DNA of 64,000 nt from Candidatus Poseidoniaceae archaeon (GTDB lineage Archaea; Thermoplasmatota; Poseidoniia; Poseidoniales; Poseidoniaceae). A program made the translations under genes and the position numbers. Of this stretch, positions 49,681-59,976 are shown piece by piece; the stretch's first letter is position 1, and each line of letters starts with the position of its first letter. The notes under the pieces were generated by a model that did no database searches, was not told where the DNA came from, and saw only the letters and a program-made list of their open reading frames with translations. The stretch covers positions 20,087 through 84,086 of the forward strand of contig CASIBY010000007.1 in NCBI GenBank assembly GCA_949373095.1, read 5' to 3'.

Positions 49681-50166
49681 ATGGCGAAGATTATGGATGA
49701 ACGTGAAGAAAACCCAGAGGAAAACGATGAGAAATCACATGAAACTGATTCCAAAGTAACCATCGAAGACATGGGGATATTTCTGACTGTCTACAATGCC
49801 TTCATCCAGCAGGTAATGGAACTTGAATGGCCTGATAAGGTCCCATTAAATGAAGACACAAAACTACAGCAAATGTTGTTCCAGATGTTCTGGGCACAGC
49901 GACACCGCCAGCGAATGAGAGACGAACGTGTGGAACGAAAGCGCAATCACAAAACAAGTGATGATGAACAAGAGTTTAATTTCAGAGTTGGGACCAAGGA
50001 CAACTTCAAGCGGTTTCTTCGTCACCAAATGGAGGCCAACAACAACGATGATGAATTTGAGAAGAATACAACGTTCATTGACCCTGGTGAAGCAACACCC
50101 GATGGAGAACATTCAACAGACGAAGCTGTCGGTCGCCGGGAGCGATTTCGAGAAGAGTGGGAATAA
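49681..50166 (+). CDS. Hypothetical acidic protein
   Basis: 161-aa ORF filling the gap; no motif recognised. Confidence 0.6.
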   Translation: MAKIMDEREENPEENDEKSHETDSKVTIEDMGIFLTVYNAFIQQVMELEWPDKVPLNEDTKLQQMLFQMFWAQRHRQRMRDERVERKRNHKTSDDEQEFNFRVGTKDNFKRFLRHQMEANNNDDEFEKNTTFIDPGEATPDGEHSTDEAVGRRERFREEWE

Positions 50167-50169
50167 AAA

Positions 50170-50658
50170 TCAGTTACGAATTCCGGTAGCATAGGCTAAG
50201 AATTCCATTGACGATGTCCTATTTTTCTGATTTTTTGCAAAACTGATGGTCGAAGTTTCGATACGTAGATTGACAATGGATGCACAGCCGAGTTGAGTTG
50301 CTTGTTCCTGCAACCGGCGAGTAACCTCTCTTCGCCCGTATTGAATGACGACATCATAGGAATGAAGTCGTCCGCCAAAAATGGATTTACCCCACATGAA
50401 GAACATCTGCCCTATGGACGGACCAACAACAATGCTTGTATGGAGAAGTACTGAACTCTGTGCGGAAAGAGTGGCCATCTTGCTTGACGTAGAACCAACG
50501 AGGTGACCCCCAAATGCATCATTCTGTTGCTTCTCTTGTTCGTTAAGCGCATTCAAGAGCGTGCCCTGATACCAACGGCCGATGGCCCAAGAAAATAAGG
50601 GAAAAGCAAGAGGTGCGAATAACCCAAGGAGAATAAATAGAATGAGTTCAAAATCCAT
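50170..50658 (-). CDS. YbjQ/UPF0145-like protein with N-terminal TM helix
   Basis: FGGRLHSY, RRE, IVNLRIET and AYATG. Confidence 0.78.
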   Translation of the reverse strand: MDFELILFILLGLFAPLAFPLFSWAIGRWYQGTLLNALNEQEKQQNDAFGGHLVGSTSSKMATLSAQSSVLLHTSIVVGPSIGQMFFMWGKSIFGGRLHSYDVVIQYGRREVTRRLQEQATQLGCASIVNLRIETSTISFAKNQKNRTSSMEFLAYATGIRN

Positions 50659-50667
50659 GTCCTCGCC

Positions 50668-51006
50668 TCACTGGACGACGACTGCAGTGCCGTAACAGAA
50701 GAGTTCAGATGCACCCGCAGCAACGTTGGAGGTTGCAAAGCGGACGTTTACAATTGCATTTGCTCCTCGTGAATTTGCGTCAGCCATCATTCGCTGTAGG
50801 GCTTCGTTTCGTGATTCGTTCAACAGTTCAGTGTAGGCTTTGAGTTCACCACCAACGATGTTCTTCAAACCGGCAAAGATATCCTTACCAATATGTTTAG
50901 CTCGCACAGTAGAACCGGTAACAAGGCCAAGAGAAGAGACAACCGAATGACCTGGTATTGTTTCAACATTTGAGAGCATCAACGAGATGGCTTGTGGGGG
51001 TTCCAT
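50668..51006 (-). CDS. YbjQ/UPF0145 family protein
   Basis: GKDIFAGLKNIVGGEL, GANAIVNVRF and YGTAV. Confidence 0.9.
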   Translation of the reverse strand: MEPPQAISLMLSNVETIPGHSVVSSLGLVTGSTVRAKHIGKDIFAGLKNIVGGELKAYTELLNESRNEALQRMMADANSRGANAIVNVRFATSNVAAGASELFCYGTAVVVQ

Positions 51007-51051
51007 AGAATTCGCAGGAAGAGGTACCCTATCAAAGTTAGGGCTGAGGAC

Positions 51052-52536
51052 TCAGAGCAAGGGTTGCTGGCGAAGCCAATCCAAATCAGAAATGTAAAGT
51101 TGCCGAATATCGTCAAGCCCAAGAACGAGCATGGCGAGGCGTTCAAGTCCCATACCCCAAGCTAGCACTGGAGATTCAATGCCTAAAGGCTCGGTTACTT
51201 CGGGGCGGAAAATACCTGCCCCTCCAAGTTCAAGCCATTTCCCATGCCACTTCACTTCAATTTCAAGACTCGGTTCGGTATACGGGAAGTAAGCTGGTCG
51301 AACACGAACTTCGGGATAACCCATTTTGGCGTAGAAGGTCTTGAGTGTCGTAACCAACATCTGGAGGTTTGCTCCTTCTTCCATGATGATGCCTTCAATC
51401 TGATGAAATTCCGGTAAATGGGTGCGATCAATCGCTTCCTTACGGAATACACGGTCAACAGAAAAGACCCGACATGCTTCTTTTGGATGCTTAGCAAGGT
51501 ACTGAATGGTGTTCACCGTGGTGTGGGTTCGCAAAAGAGTGCGCTGGGCTGTGTCAAATGAAAAGGAGCCACCCCAACCGGTAGACCCTGTCGCTCCACC
51601 GTCTTCATGAATGGACTTCCATTTCCCCATCAATTCCTCCGATAATTCCATTTTTGCAGGCTCTTTGAGGTAGAATGTGTCTTGCATCTCCCGAGCAGGG
51701 TGGTCTTGAGGAATGAACAGAGCATCCATGTTCCAACCCGCCGTTTGAACATAATCATCGACCAGTTCCGAGAATCCCATTTCCAAAAACACTGACCGGA
51801 TACGTTCAATCAACGCTTGCATTGGGTGACTGCGACCTCGACGAGGGGTTGCCGATTCAAGCGTCACATCAAATGCTCTAAATTCTGCTTCTTTCCAAGC
51901 ATCTGTTTGGAGAAGTTCAGGAGTCAGTTCTGAAATAACAACCGTCTCGTTCAAGTGTTCATCATCAACGGAAAGTCCTAAATCTGTAATGGACCAAGTA
52001 CGAGTTGTCTGCTCTAGCGAAGCAATCAACCCTTTGCGTTGACGGAAGTGTTGAAGCAGCCCGTCATCAAGATCCCTCATTTCGATAGGCAGAGCGTTCA
52101 AAAAATCCCGACGTTGCTTGAGAACGGATTCAATGTGAGAGGAGTCTTGCGCCACCAAAATCCCACCCTCAATGCTCACACCAAGTTGTTTGAGCAATCC
52201 CACACCTGGTCCAGCTTCATGACGCTCAAATTCGCCTTGTAATGCTCGCATGGAGGGTTCGCTGCCCGCCGTCATCCAATTCCAGAGTCGTTGTTCAAGT
52301 AGCCCAGATGCAAGGGCATTCTCACCTTCACTGTCCAGTCGGATTTCCGTGGTCACATGTTCCTCAACAGAAACAAAACCATGATTTTCAAGGCCGTGTC
52401 CCGCACCAACGGCGACGGCTTGGTCGGTCCAATCGCATGCAGCCAAGAGTTCTTCAAGCGACCATTTGGTCTGCTCGTTTTGTTGCATCTTGAGCAACAT
52501 TCGTCGCTCCGGATTCAACAGATTAAGAGCATCCAT
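51052..52536 (-). CDS. pheS: Phenylalanyl-tRNA synthetase alpha subunit (archaeal type)
   Basis: PQDHPAREMQDTF, LRTHTT, EFHQIEG, FPYTEPS and GLERLAM. Confidence 0.95.
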   Translation of the reverse strand: MDALNLLNPERRMLLKMQQNEQTKWSLEELLAACDWTDQAVAVGAGHGLENHGFVSVEEHVTTEIRLDSEGENALASGLLEQRLWNWMTAGSEPSMRALQGEFERHEAGPGVGLLKQLGVSIEGGILVAQDSSHIESVLKQRRDFLNALPIEMRDLDDGLLQHFRQRKGLIASLEQTTRTWSITDLGLSVDDEHLNETVVISELTPELLQTDAWKEAEFRAFDVTLESATPRRGRSHPMQALIERIRSVFLEMGFSELVDDYVQTAGWNMDALFIPQDHPAREMQDTFYLKEPAKMELSEELMGKWKSIHEDGGATGSTGWGGSFSFDTAQRTLLRTHTTVNTIQYLAKHPKEACRVFSVDRVFRKEAIDRTHLPEFHQIEGIIMEEGANLQMLVTTLKTFYAKMGYPEVRVRPAYFPYTEPSLEIEVKWHGKWLELGGAGIFRPEVTEPLGIESPVLAWGMGLERLAMLVLGLDDIRQLYISDLDWLRQQPLL

Positions 52537-52598
52537 GCATCTTCCAGCAGAACACCCGACTTGAAATCACCGTTTGAAATGACTCAAATGTAACGAAC

Positions 52599-52976
52599 TT
52601 ATTCTTCCTCTTCCCACAGCGGCATCTTGCACGAGGGACAGGAATAGGATGAGGGTTTGCCTCCTTCAACCAATTCAACATGACCACATGGTCCGCACAA
52701 AACTGATGAACGAATCGGGTCATCAAGAGTCACATCAACTCTGTACATAACGCGCCCTGCATCTGGAAGCATTTCTCCATCAGGCGACCATTCTGCAACC
52801 GCCTCAGGAGACATGCCCACTTGTCGACTTAGCGACATTCCGACCAAGAAAAAGACAATTCCAAACAATCCCACAGTCACGGCCATTGAACCAAGGCCCG
52901 CCACCGTCATAAACGCACCAAAAACGATGCAAATAAAACCGGTAATGAGGAAATTCTCACGTGAGAGTCGGGTCAT
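52599..52976 (-). CDS. Hypothetical 2-TM protein with C-terminal zinc ribbon
   Basis: Two hydrophobic helices; CGPC and CPSC. Confidence 0.7.
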   Translation of the reverse strand: MTRLSRENFLITGFICIVFGAFMTVAGLGSMAVTVGLFGIVFFLVGMSLSRQVGMSPEAVAEWSPDGEMLPDAGRVMYRVDVTLDDPIRSSVLCGPCGHVELVEGGKPSSYSCPSCKMPLWEEEE

Positions 52977-52985
52977 GAGATCACA

Positions 52986-54272
52986 TCACTTTTGAGTTGC
53001 TTTGAGGGCTTCTGCAACCTTTGGTATTTGCTCTAGCGGAATGGCACATAGTCCAATCCGAACTCCACCAGAAAGTGGAACAAGATAGACATGCATGTCA
53101 GCGCAAGCCTCTGCAACAGCAACCGGGTCCGAACATTCGTACCATGCAAAGAAACCATCGTGGGTGGGGTTAACTGGAACATCCAATTCGCTACATGCCT
53201 TGACAAATGCATCTCTGCGTTCAATCAGCAAAGCCGCTAGTCGGTCACGCTCTTTACCCCAAGATGCGCCTCCTTCCTCAGAGCCGTGCATTTCACTGAG
53301 AACATATTGAGGAACTCTCGGAGCAGCGGACCATGTTTGCCGGCCAGTGACCCCCATTACTTCACGTAATTTTTCGAGTGTTGCTTCCTCGGGATGGATG
53401 CAAACAAGTGCACCGGTTCGCATGCCGTAAATAGTGTGGGATTTTGAAAGTGAAACTGCAAAACATATCAAGAGATTTTCTGGCCATGGGAGTCCATTTT
53501 CGAGGGCCTCAAGAATGGTTTCTGCCCATCCGTGAGGTTCGTCCGCATAGAGATGATAGGCTGCGTCGATCAACAGCGTGTGGCCAACGTTTTCATGTCG
53601 AGCTGCACTCTCCATGAAGAGATTGAGAAGAGCATATCTGCTATCGCTTGGAAGTGATAATCCGGTTGGATTGTGGGCTGGGTCATTCAACCATGTCATG
53701 ACAGTGGATTGCGTGGTCGCCAATGATTCCAGAGCGTCCTGGAATCCGGCAGCATCAAAATTCGGGTGTTCGGCCGTTTCTTCTTTGGGAAGAAGTGGAT
53801 AGGTTGCTATGTTGAGATCGCATCCTTTCAGAAAACCAGAGTAAGGGCCCCAGTGCCGGTCTCGGAGGAGCACAGCTTCACCACGCTCAGCAAAATTAGA
53901 GGCCGCCAAAAACAAGGCCCCAGAACCCCCAGGACTAGCTGTAGCCATTCCGCTCACACCGAGCTCTTCCAGGGTGCTGCGTTGATCGCCAAGTGCCAGG
54001 GTTTGCGCAAGGTCTAGAAAATTAGGGAGGCCCTTTAGCGGAGCGTAGGCTGCAAATTCCACGGGAGGGGCTTCTCGTAAGGCTGAATCAACAACTGTGT
54101 TGATAGCAAGGCTTCCATCATCCTCAAGTAATGCACCTACAGTTCCATTAACCGCATCTGCTCCTGCAGCAGCAGCATTTTGATAGCGGGCAAACCAAGT
54201 AAAAATGACATCTTTGCCGCTTTTTAATTTGCCATGCGATGACAAAAATTGCATACCTGGTGCATCATCCAT
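52986..54272 (-). CDS. Class I/II PLP aminotransferase
   Basis: NDPAHNPTG, DAAY and SLSKSHTIYGMRTG. Confidence 0.87.
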   Translation of the reverse strand: MDDAPGMQFLSSHGKLKSGKDVIFTWFARYQNAAAAGADAVNGTVGALLEDDGSLAINTVVDSALREAPPVEFAAYAPLKGLPNFLDLAQTLALGDQRSTLEELGVSGMATASPGGSGALFLAASNFAERGEAVLLRDRHWGPYSGFLKGCDLNIATYPLLPKEETAEHPNFDAAGFQDALESLATTQSTVMTWLNDPAHNPTGLSLPSDSRYALLNLFMESAARHENVGHTLLIDAAYHLYADEPHGWAETILEALENGLPWPENLLICFAVSLSKSHTIYGMRTGALVCIHPEEATLEKLREVMGVTGRQTWSAAPRVPQYVLSEMHGSEEGGASWGKERDRLAALLIERRDAFVKACSELDVPVNPTHDGFFAWYECSDPVAVAEACADMHVYLVPLSGGVRIGLCAIPLEQIPKVAEALKATQK

Positions 54273-54371
54273 GCCGCACCGTTGGCCCCATTGTTCTTTG
54301 ACTTGACCCCCCTTTTTCTTGAATGACCATCCGCTTCATTCATCAAGGGGAGCCCACACGCAACGGATGAA

Positions 54372-54448
54372 GCCAACGTAGCACAGTCTGGTAGTGCGTC
54401 TGATTTGTAATCAGACGGTCGGGGGTTCGAGTCCCTCCGTTGGCTCCA
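54372..54448 (+). tRNA. tRNA-Thr(TGT), CCA encoded
   Basis: Acceptor GCCAACG/CGTTGGC; anticodon arm TCTGA-TT-TGT-AA-TCAGA; T-loop GGTTCGAGTCC. Confidence 0.95.
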
Positions 54449-54507
54449 CATCAGCGTTTGAGTTTTGGAAACAGTCCTTGATATACTCAACCCAGCACTT
54501 TCAGTAC

Positions 54508-54738
54508 ATGCCGGAATGTAACATTGACGCAAGAGGAAAAGTAGCACGCTTTGTTAGTGGAGTAGGTTCGATTGCAGCAGGACTTATTGTCGCCACCTTG
54601 CTGGTCACCGATACTGTTACACTCGGAATAGGATGGCTCGGAGTTGCAGGCCTGACACTCGGTGGAGCATTTGCCATATACGAAGCAAGAGCAGGCTGGT
54701 GTATTGTCCGCGCCATGGGCATTCGCACGCCACTGTGA
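54508..54738 (+). CDS. Small 2-TM membrane protein (DUF2892-like)
   Basis: CNID..G..AR N-terminus and GWC..RAMGIRTPL C-terminus. Confidence 0.7.
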   Translation: MPECNIDARGKVARFVSGVGSIAAGLIVATLLVTDTVTLGIGWLGVAGLTLGGAFAIYEARAGWCIVRAMGIRTPL

Positions 54739-54789
54739 ACGCCACACTGAAAGCGAACACTCAAAACCCAAAACCCTGTGGAATTGGGC

Positions 54790-55665
54790 ATGAGCGCACA
54801 ACGTCTTGATGGAAAAGCATGTGCGGCCGCCGTAGAAGAAGAACTTCTTGAAAGGATAAACTCCCTTCAATCCCATGGACTTGAACCACATTTGGCCGTG
54901 ATCATTGTTGGAAATGACCCTGCATCCCATGTATATGTTAATTCCAAAGTTCGGACATGCAAACGATTGGGAATACGCTCAACTCATCTTGAACTCCCAG
55001 AAGACACTTCTGAAGACATACTCCGAGAACATATACTGGAAATGAATTCACGTGATGACCTTCATGGAATCTTGATTCAATCACCCCTACCGCCACACAT
55101 GAATGAGGGGGCACTTACCGATTTAATTGACCCGACTAAAGATGTAGATGGGTTTCATCCCTCCAACCTCGGAAGGATTGTTCAGGGTCGTCTCGATGGT
55201 ATGATTCCCTGCACACCTGCTGGAGTTATGCGCATGCTCAAATGGGCCAACATTGAACTTTCAGGAAAAAAAGCCGTTGTCATCGGACGTTCGTTTAATG
55301 TCGGCATGACACAAGCCCTTCTACTTGCAGCAAAAGGAGCAGATGCTACCGTCACCATCGTCCACTCTAGAACACAAAATCCCAAAGAGGAGTGCAAGGA
55401 TGCTGATATTGTAGTTGCTGCTGTTGGACGTCCTGAAATGGTACAACCTGATTGGATTAAACCAGGTGCTGTTGTTGTTGATGTTGGAATCAATCGCGTT
55501 GATGATGCAACCAGAGAAAGGGGCTGGAGACTGGCGGGCGACGTTGCCGCAGGCGTATCTAATATTGCATCATGGATCTCACCCGTACCCGGCGGAGTCG
55601 GGCCAATGACCATTGCAATGTTGATGGAGAACACCGTTCGTTCAGCGGAATCACGAATGTTATGA
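54790..55665 (+). CDS. folD: Methylenetetrahydrofolate dehydrogenase/cyclohydrolase
   Basis: YVNSK, KDVDGFHP, PCTPAG, DVGINR and PVPGGVGPMT. Confidence 0.95.
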   Translation: MSAQRLDGKACAAAVEEELLERINSLQSHGLEPHLAVIIVGNDPASHVYVNSKVRTCKRLGIRSTHLELPEDTSEDILREHILEMNSRDDLHGILIQSPLPPHMNEGALTDLIDPTKDVDGFHPSNLGRIVQGRLDGMIPCTPAGVMRMLKWANIELSGKKAVVIGRSFNVGMTQALLLAAKGADATVTIVHSRTQNPKEECKDADIVVAAVGRPEMVQPDWIKPGAVVVDVGINRVDDATRERGWRLAGDVAAGVSNIASWISPVPGGVGPMTIAMLMENTVRSAESRML

Positions 55666-55705
55666 ACGTGCCAATCAATATATCCCCGAACGCTTTGCTG
55701 AGATT

Positions 55706-56692
55706 GTGGCCCACGACCCTCGCGCACCCAAACTCGCTGCAGTGTCTATTTTGCTAGCCCTGATTCTTGGTGCAGCAGCCATCATAAATTCCCAGCTGGA
55801 CTTCATCGGCAATTCGGGTATGGGAATTGAAGAAACTGTGCTTCTGCTTACTACTCTCGTTCTCGTCGGACTTGCAAAATGGGCTAACACCGAACATGCA
55901 ATCCCGGAATTCACGTCTTCAAGCACAAAGACATCAAGCGCTTTCGAAGATTTTGATGATGTTCGAACGCCCATTGCGGCCGGTGGGAATTCATATCAGA
56001 GCACAACTAGCAGAGCGTCCAGTCAAACAACCGCAAACATTCTCTCATCAATTCTTGGACAAGAACAACAGACAAATGAAGAAGATGTGCGCTCTGCAAT
56101 ATCTACCCTCTCTACAGGAGAATTTGGAATGCGTGCTCAACAGGAAGCAAAAACTACAGAGTTTGCGAAAGAGGACAATCATCGACGTGATTCTGCCCCA
56201 ACCAGTGAAGAAACAGGTGCTGTGTTGAAGCGAGTTGTTGTTCAACCCGTCCCTCTACCGGGCCTGGAACAAGAGATATTAGTCAACCCAACAACCATTC
56301 CAGGATTTGAACCCGACCGAGTTTTCGTGACAGAAGGTGTAGATCATGTCCCACTACCGGAACTACCGAACGTCACAACCCAAATCCCGCAAGTAGAACC
56401 CGAGGTCAAGGAAATGCATGTAGAATCCATTTCAACAAGCCTTCCAGAACTTCCAGAGTTCAGCTCTACAGATTCCACCGAACCGTCATTGCCGGAACTC
56501 CCAGAATTATCCACCGAAGTAGCATTGGAACCATCATTACCAGAACTCCCCGACCTACCGAAAGCAACGGTCGCACCACTGCCCCTACCTGAACTTCCGG
56601 ACCTAGACGATTTGTTTGGAGATTCCACTGAGGTTGAGGTTCAGGCGGCTCCAGTTACACCAGACCTTCCTAATCTCGATGATTTGTTTTGA
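55706..56692 (+). CDS. Hypothetical 2-TM protein with a disordered tail of LPELP repeats
   Basis: Two N-terminal TM helices; five LPELP and two LDDLF motifs. Confidence 0.75.
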   Translation: MAHDPRAPKLAAVSILLALILGAAAIINSQLDFIGNSGMGIEETVLLLTTLVLVGLAKWANTEHAIPEFTSSSTKTSSAFEDFDDVRTPIAAGGNSYQSTTSRASSQTTANILSSILGQEQQTNEEDVRSAISTLSTGEFGMRAQQEAKTTEFAKEDNHRRDSAPTSEETGAVLKRVVVQPVPLPGLEQEILVNPTTIPGFEPDRVFVTEGVDHVPLPELPNVTTQIPQVEPEVKEMHVESISTSLPELPEFSSTDSTEPSLPELPELSTEVALEPSLPELPDLPKATVAPLPLPELPDLDDLFGDSTEVEVQAAPVTPDLPNLDDLF

Positions 56693-56734
56693 AGGACGAA
56701 TCATTCAAAGAGGTTCGCCACCTACATCTAATAC

Positions 56735-57622
56735 ATGTGGACCGAAACTTATGACCTCCATTCACACTCAACACATAGTGATGGAGAGCATCCTGTGGAT
56801 CATGTCGGCCAACTTATGGCGGCCAACGGGGTTCAAACTTGGGCCCTCACGGACCATGATACGGCTTCGGGGTGGCTTGAGGCGTCCCAGATAGCTAAAG
56901 CAAACGGCATGACGTTTATTCCTGGCGTAGAGATCACTTGCACTCCCGCTCATCCGCCCATGGATGAGGAACTTACGAAGCGAGAACGGGAGCGTGCATC
57001 TGCATCATGGCACCTTTTGGCCTACTTCCCAAACCATGTCCCAGGTAAAACAGATGAATCTGTAGCCTCTTTCCTCGAATGGTTGGCACCAAAGCAAGAC
57101 GGGAGAGAACCACGAATGCGCGCCATGTGTGCCCGATTGGAAACATTAGGAATGCCGGTGGATGTGGAAGGAGTTCTAGCGCGGGCAGAAGGTTCTGTGG
57201 GACGGCCACACCTTGCTGCGGCCATGGTTGAAGCCGGCTATGTAGAAAATAAACAAGAAGCGTTTGAACGATGGCTTGGAGATGGCAACCCTGGATTTGT
57301 ACCTCACGAAAAACCTACGATTCAAGACGCTGTGACGGCTATCAAAAAGGCTGGTGGAGTGACCTCACTCGCCCATCCAATTTACTACGGGGTGCCTGTG
57401 AAACGCCTCATTGAAGTTCTAAAGAGTCAAGGAATCAATGCAGTTGAGGCCGTCCATCGCAGCCACAGTGATGAATACAGGTACGAACTCATGACAGAAG
57501 CCACCTCACAAGGATTGGCCATCACAGTTGGTTCCGACTTCCACGGCACGAGTTATCAGCAACATCCTGGACATATGCCGATCATGCTTGATGCTCTGAT
57601 TGAACAAATCAAGCACGCATGA
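56735..57622 (+). CDS. PHP-domain metal-dependent phosphoesterase (TrpH/YciV-like)
   Basis: DLHSHSTHSDG, TDHDT, GVEI, GRPHLA, LAHP and GSDFHG. Confidence 0.9.
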   Translation: MWTETYDLHSHSTHSDGEHPVDHVGQLMAANGVQTWALTDHDTASGWLEASQIAKANGMTFIPGVEITCTPAHPPMDEELTKRERERASASWHLLAYFPNHVPGKTDESVASFLEWLAPKQDGREPRMRAMCARLETLGMPVDVEGVLARAEGSVGRPHLAAAMVEAGYVENKQEAFERWLGDGNPGFVPHEKPTIQDAVTAIKKAGGVTSLAHPIYYGVPVKRLIEVLKSQGINAVEAVHRSHSDEYRYELMTEATSQGLAITVGSDFHGTSYQQHPGHMPIMLDALIEQIKHA

Positions 57623-58406
57623 TTCGGTCCAATGCCAGAGCGATTTCAAAGAAAACGATAACGGGCATGGCCACGAGGAACAACGAAAGTGGGTCGGGAG
57701 GAGACAACAATGCCCCCATCACAAACGCACTAAACCAGATGTGCCTTCGATACATAACGAGGCTTTTCCGGTCCACGAAGCCCATGCGCAGGGCTACGGT
57801 CGTCAGGACGGGTGCTTGGAAGCCAATGGCGGATGCTAAGGCAAGATTGATGATAAAACCGGCATAACCCGAAAGTCTCCATTCTGTCGAGAGACCTGCT
57901 TGTTGAGCATCGTTTGTCAAGTACTCCAATAACATTGGAGTTAGTCCTTCCCAAGCATAGAACACGCCAAGGCCAAACAGTACCAGACTACTGAGAGCCG
58001 TGATAACAAGGGCGGGCGCTGGCCTTGGAACACGAAGGTCGAGTTCAGACAACCGTGAACGAACAGCCTCATTTTTACTCCCTTTCCAGGCCCCATGTAC
58101 AAGCGCCAAAAAGACGACCAAAGCAAGACCAACAGCACCTGCAATTCTCAACTGCAAAAGTAGAAATTCAACCGGAGTCACTACGATGATGGATACATCA
58201 TCTGGTAAACGCTGGGGGTGAATTAACCATGATATTACTTGTTTTGTGAATGGGAAGGATGCTGAAAAACCAACTGCAAAGAGAACGACATAGAATTTGA
58301 ATGAGCGCTGAAGATAGGAGCGGAAATCATCAATCATGATTCCGCCAGGCGATTGCATCAATCGGTCCACAGTTACTGCAATGGACTCGTCCTGCATGCA
58401 TCTCAC
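57609..58406 (-). CDS. tatC: Twin-arginine translocase TatC
   Basis: TPVE, FQAPV, RRH and LSPPDPLSLFLVAMP..FFE; start uncertain. Confidence 0.85.
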   Translation of the reverse strand: MRCMQDESIAVTVDRLMQSPGGIMIDDFRSYLQRSFKFYVVLFAVGFSASFPFTKQVISWLIHPQRLPDDVSIIVVTPVEFLLLQLRIAGAVGLALVVFLALVHGAWKGSKNEAVRSRLSELDLRVPRPAPALVITALSSLVLFGLGVFYAWEGLTPMLLEYLTNDAQQAGLSTEWRLSGYAGFIINLALASAIGFQAPVLTTVALRMGFVDRKSLVMYRRHIWFSAFVMGALLSPPDPLSLFLVAMPVIVFFEIALALDRIMRA

Positions 58407-59857
58407 GCCTCTTCGCTATGGTCTGATGATGAGGCCCATACATATGAGGGCGTGGAATCAATCAAACTCCTTCCTTCTTTCTTCAACCGATACAACCGAT
58501 ATACAACGAATCCGGTCATCCAAAGAGATGGAAGGCTGAGAAGGAGGGCTTGCCCAAGCTTATCGTCGCCATAATCATTGATTACGCGCACCTCCATGAT
58601 CGCATCATCACCTTCATCATGGGCATAATGAAGTCCAACATAATGGAATATTTTTGGAGAGGTGATGTTGAGTGAAAGCGTGGTTTGAGGTCCAACGGTA
58701 TGGTGATCTCCCAATTCAGAAAGGTAGGCCCAATCAATGGAACCTGATTCCATCGCAGGAGCACTTTCTTCGACCATAATAACCACCACCTCAAGGTCAC
58801 CAACTTGGTTAAGATTGGTGATATTGGTCAAGACATAATCTCCAGCAGAAAACTTCTGAATGATTTCCAAGGTGCTGTCATCCGGTCCAAGTTGATAAGA
58901 GACTCTCTCATCCAAGCCCTCTTCTTGAACACTAACTGCCATGAGGATCATGGTTAGAAGAATCAGTGCAATAATACCCTCAACCAAAATATGCCGGCGA
59001 ACCTTGTCTTGAGTCACACCCTTGAACATTGGCCCGTAATCGTTGCGCATACGAGGTTGCAGGTGATGAATGAACAATGCTCCAATTCCACCGATAAGAA
59101 TTCCAAGTGGGATGTCAATGACCCAGTGTATTCCGAGGTACAAGATAGTAAATCCAAACAGGAGTGTGTTGATCAAAACAAAACGATGATACCTCCAGTG
59201 GCGCCAATCTCGGAGTCGCTCTCCACGCTCACGGACATGAAGATAGTTGAGCATCAAGATACCAAAGGGAATGGCCACATGGAGGCTTGGCACAGCATTA
59301 TCAAGCGGGTCATGAAGGGCGTAAAAGGCCGTATACCATCCATCATGGTAAAGAAGAGCTTCCATTCCTGGTATCCAGGAGGATGTCACTTCAACGTTGA
59401 AGAACAGGTAATAGGGAACCGCCAAGGCATAAATGAAGAGATAGTTCAACGTGACCTTATCTGTCATTTCACGGTCGCCTGAAAAGGCAAAGTAAACCGT
59501 TGTGACATAGATTAGGAAGAGGTATACAAAGAGATAATGAAAATTAAGGAAATCGGTTAGTACATCATTTTTGAACGATTCTTGGATCCACTTTGTAAAT
59601 TCACCTTCAAGTCCGTAAACCCAATCAGTCCAATGGCCAGTTCTAATTTTCATCGGCTCGTTCAACTTATCAGTAATCGATTTCCAACGGATGATAACAA
59701 TGTATCCCATAGCGTGGAGATAGTATCGTTTCTCGTGAATTTCACGTGCCCATTCTCTCCAAGGAACTCTGAATTCCTTCTGTGAGCGAGTGAAGTACCA
59801 ACAGATGACAGGAGTCAGAACGAAAATCATGCCCATCATGATATCGTATGGCTCCAT
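58403..59857 (-). CDS. PAP2-superfamily (Aur1/IPC-synthase-like) membrane protein with C-terminal extracytoplasmic domain
   Basis: NAVPSLHVA and LYLGIHWVID motifs. Confidence 0.8.
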   Translation of the reverse strand: MEPYDIMMGMIFVLTPVICWYFTRSQKEFRVPWREWAREIHEKRYYLHAMGYIVIIRWKSITDKLNEPMKIRTGHWTDWVYGLEGEFTKWIQESFKNDVLTDFLNFHYLFVYLFLIYVTTVYFAFSGDREMTDKVTLNYLFIYALAVPYYLFFNVEVTSSWIPGMEALLYHDGWYTAFYALHDPLDNAVPSLHVAIPFGILMLNYLHVRERGERLRDWRHWRYHRFVLINTLLFGFTILYLGIHWVIDIPLGILIGGIGALFIHHLQPRMRNDYGPMFKGVTQDKVRRHILVEGIIALILLTMILMAVSVQEEGLDERVSYQLGPDDSTLEIIQKFSAGDYVLTNITNLNQVGDLEVVVIMVEESAPAMESGSIDWAYLSELGDHHTVGPQTTLSLNITSPKIFHYVGLHYAHDEGDDAIMEVRVINDYGDDKLGQALLLSLPSLWMTGFVVYRLYRLKKEGRSLIDSTPSYVWASSSDHSEEA

Positions 59858-59976
59858 ACCACAGGGGAAATGATACCCGCTTTAGGAGTTCCCGCCCATC
59901 ATCTATCTCAAACCTTGATTGAGAAATCCTACGAGGAAGGGCAAACATTGTTGAGAGGCTCCCATCTGGTGTAAAC

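Noticed and set aside
50170-51006. Tandem YbjQ pair as a novel system
   Set aside because: Paired YbjQ-family genes are a commonly seen arrangement and nothing here is distinctive.
52555-52572. Isolated ORB-like GACTTGAAATCACCG upstream of pheS
   Set aside because: Single copy with no G-string or AT-rich tract; more likely part of the pheS promoter.
54224-54547. ORFs overlapping tRNA-Thr
   Set aside because: They are translations of the tRNA sequence; the real small gene starts at 54508.
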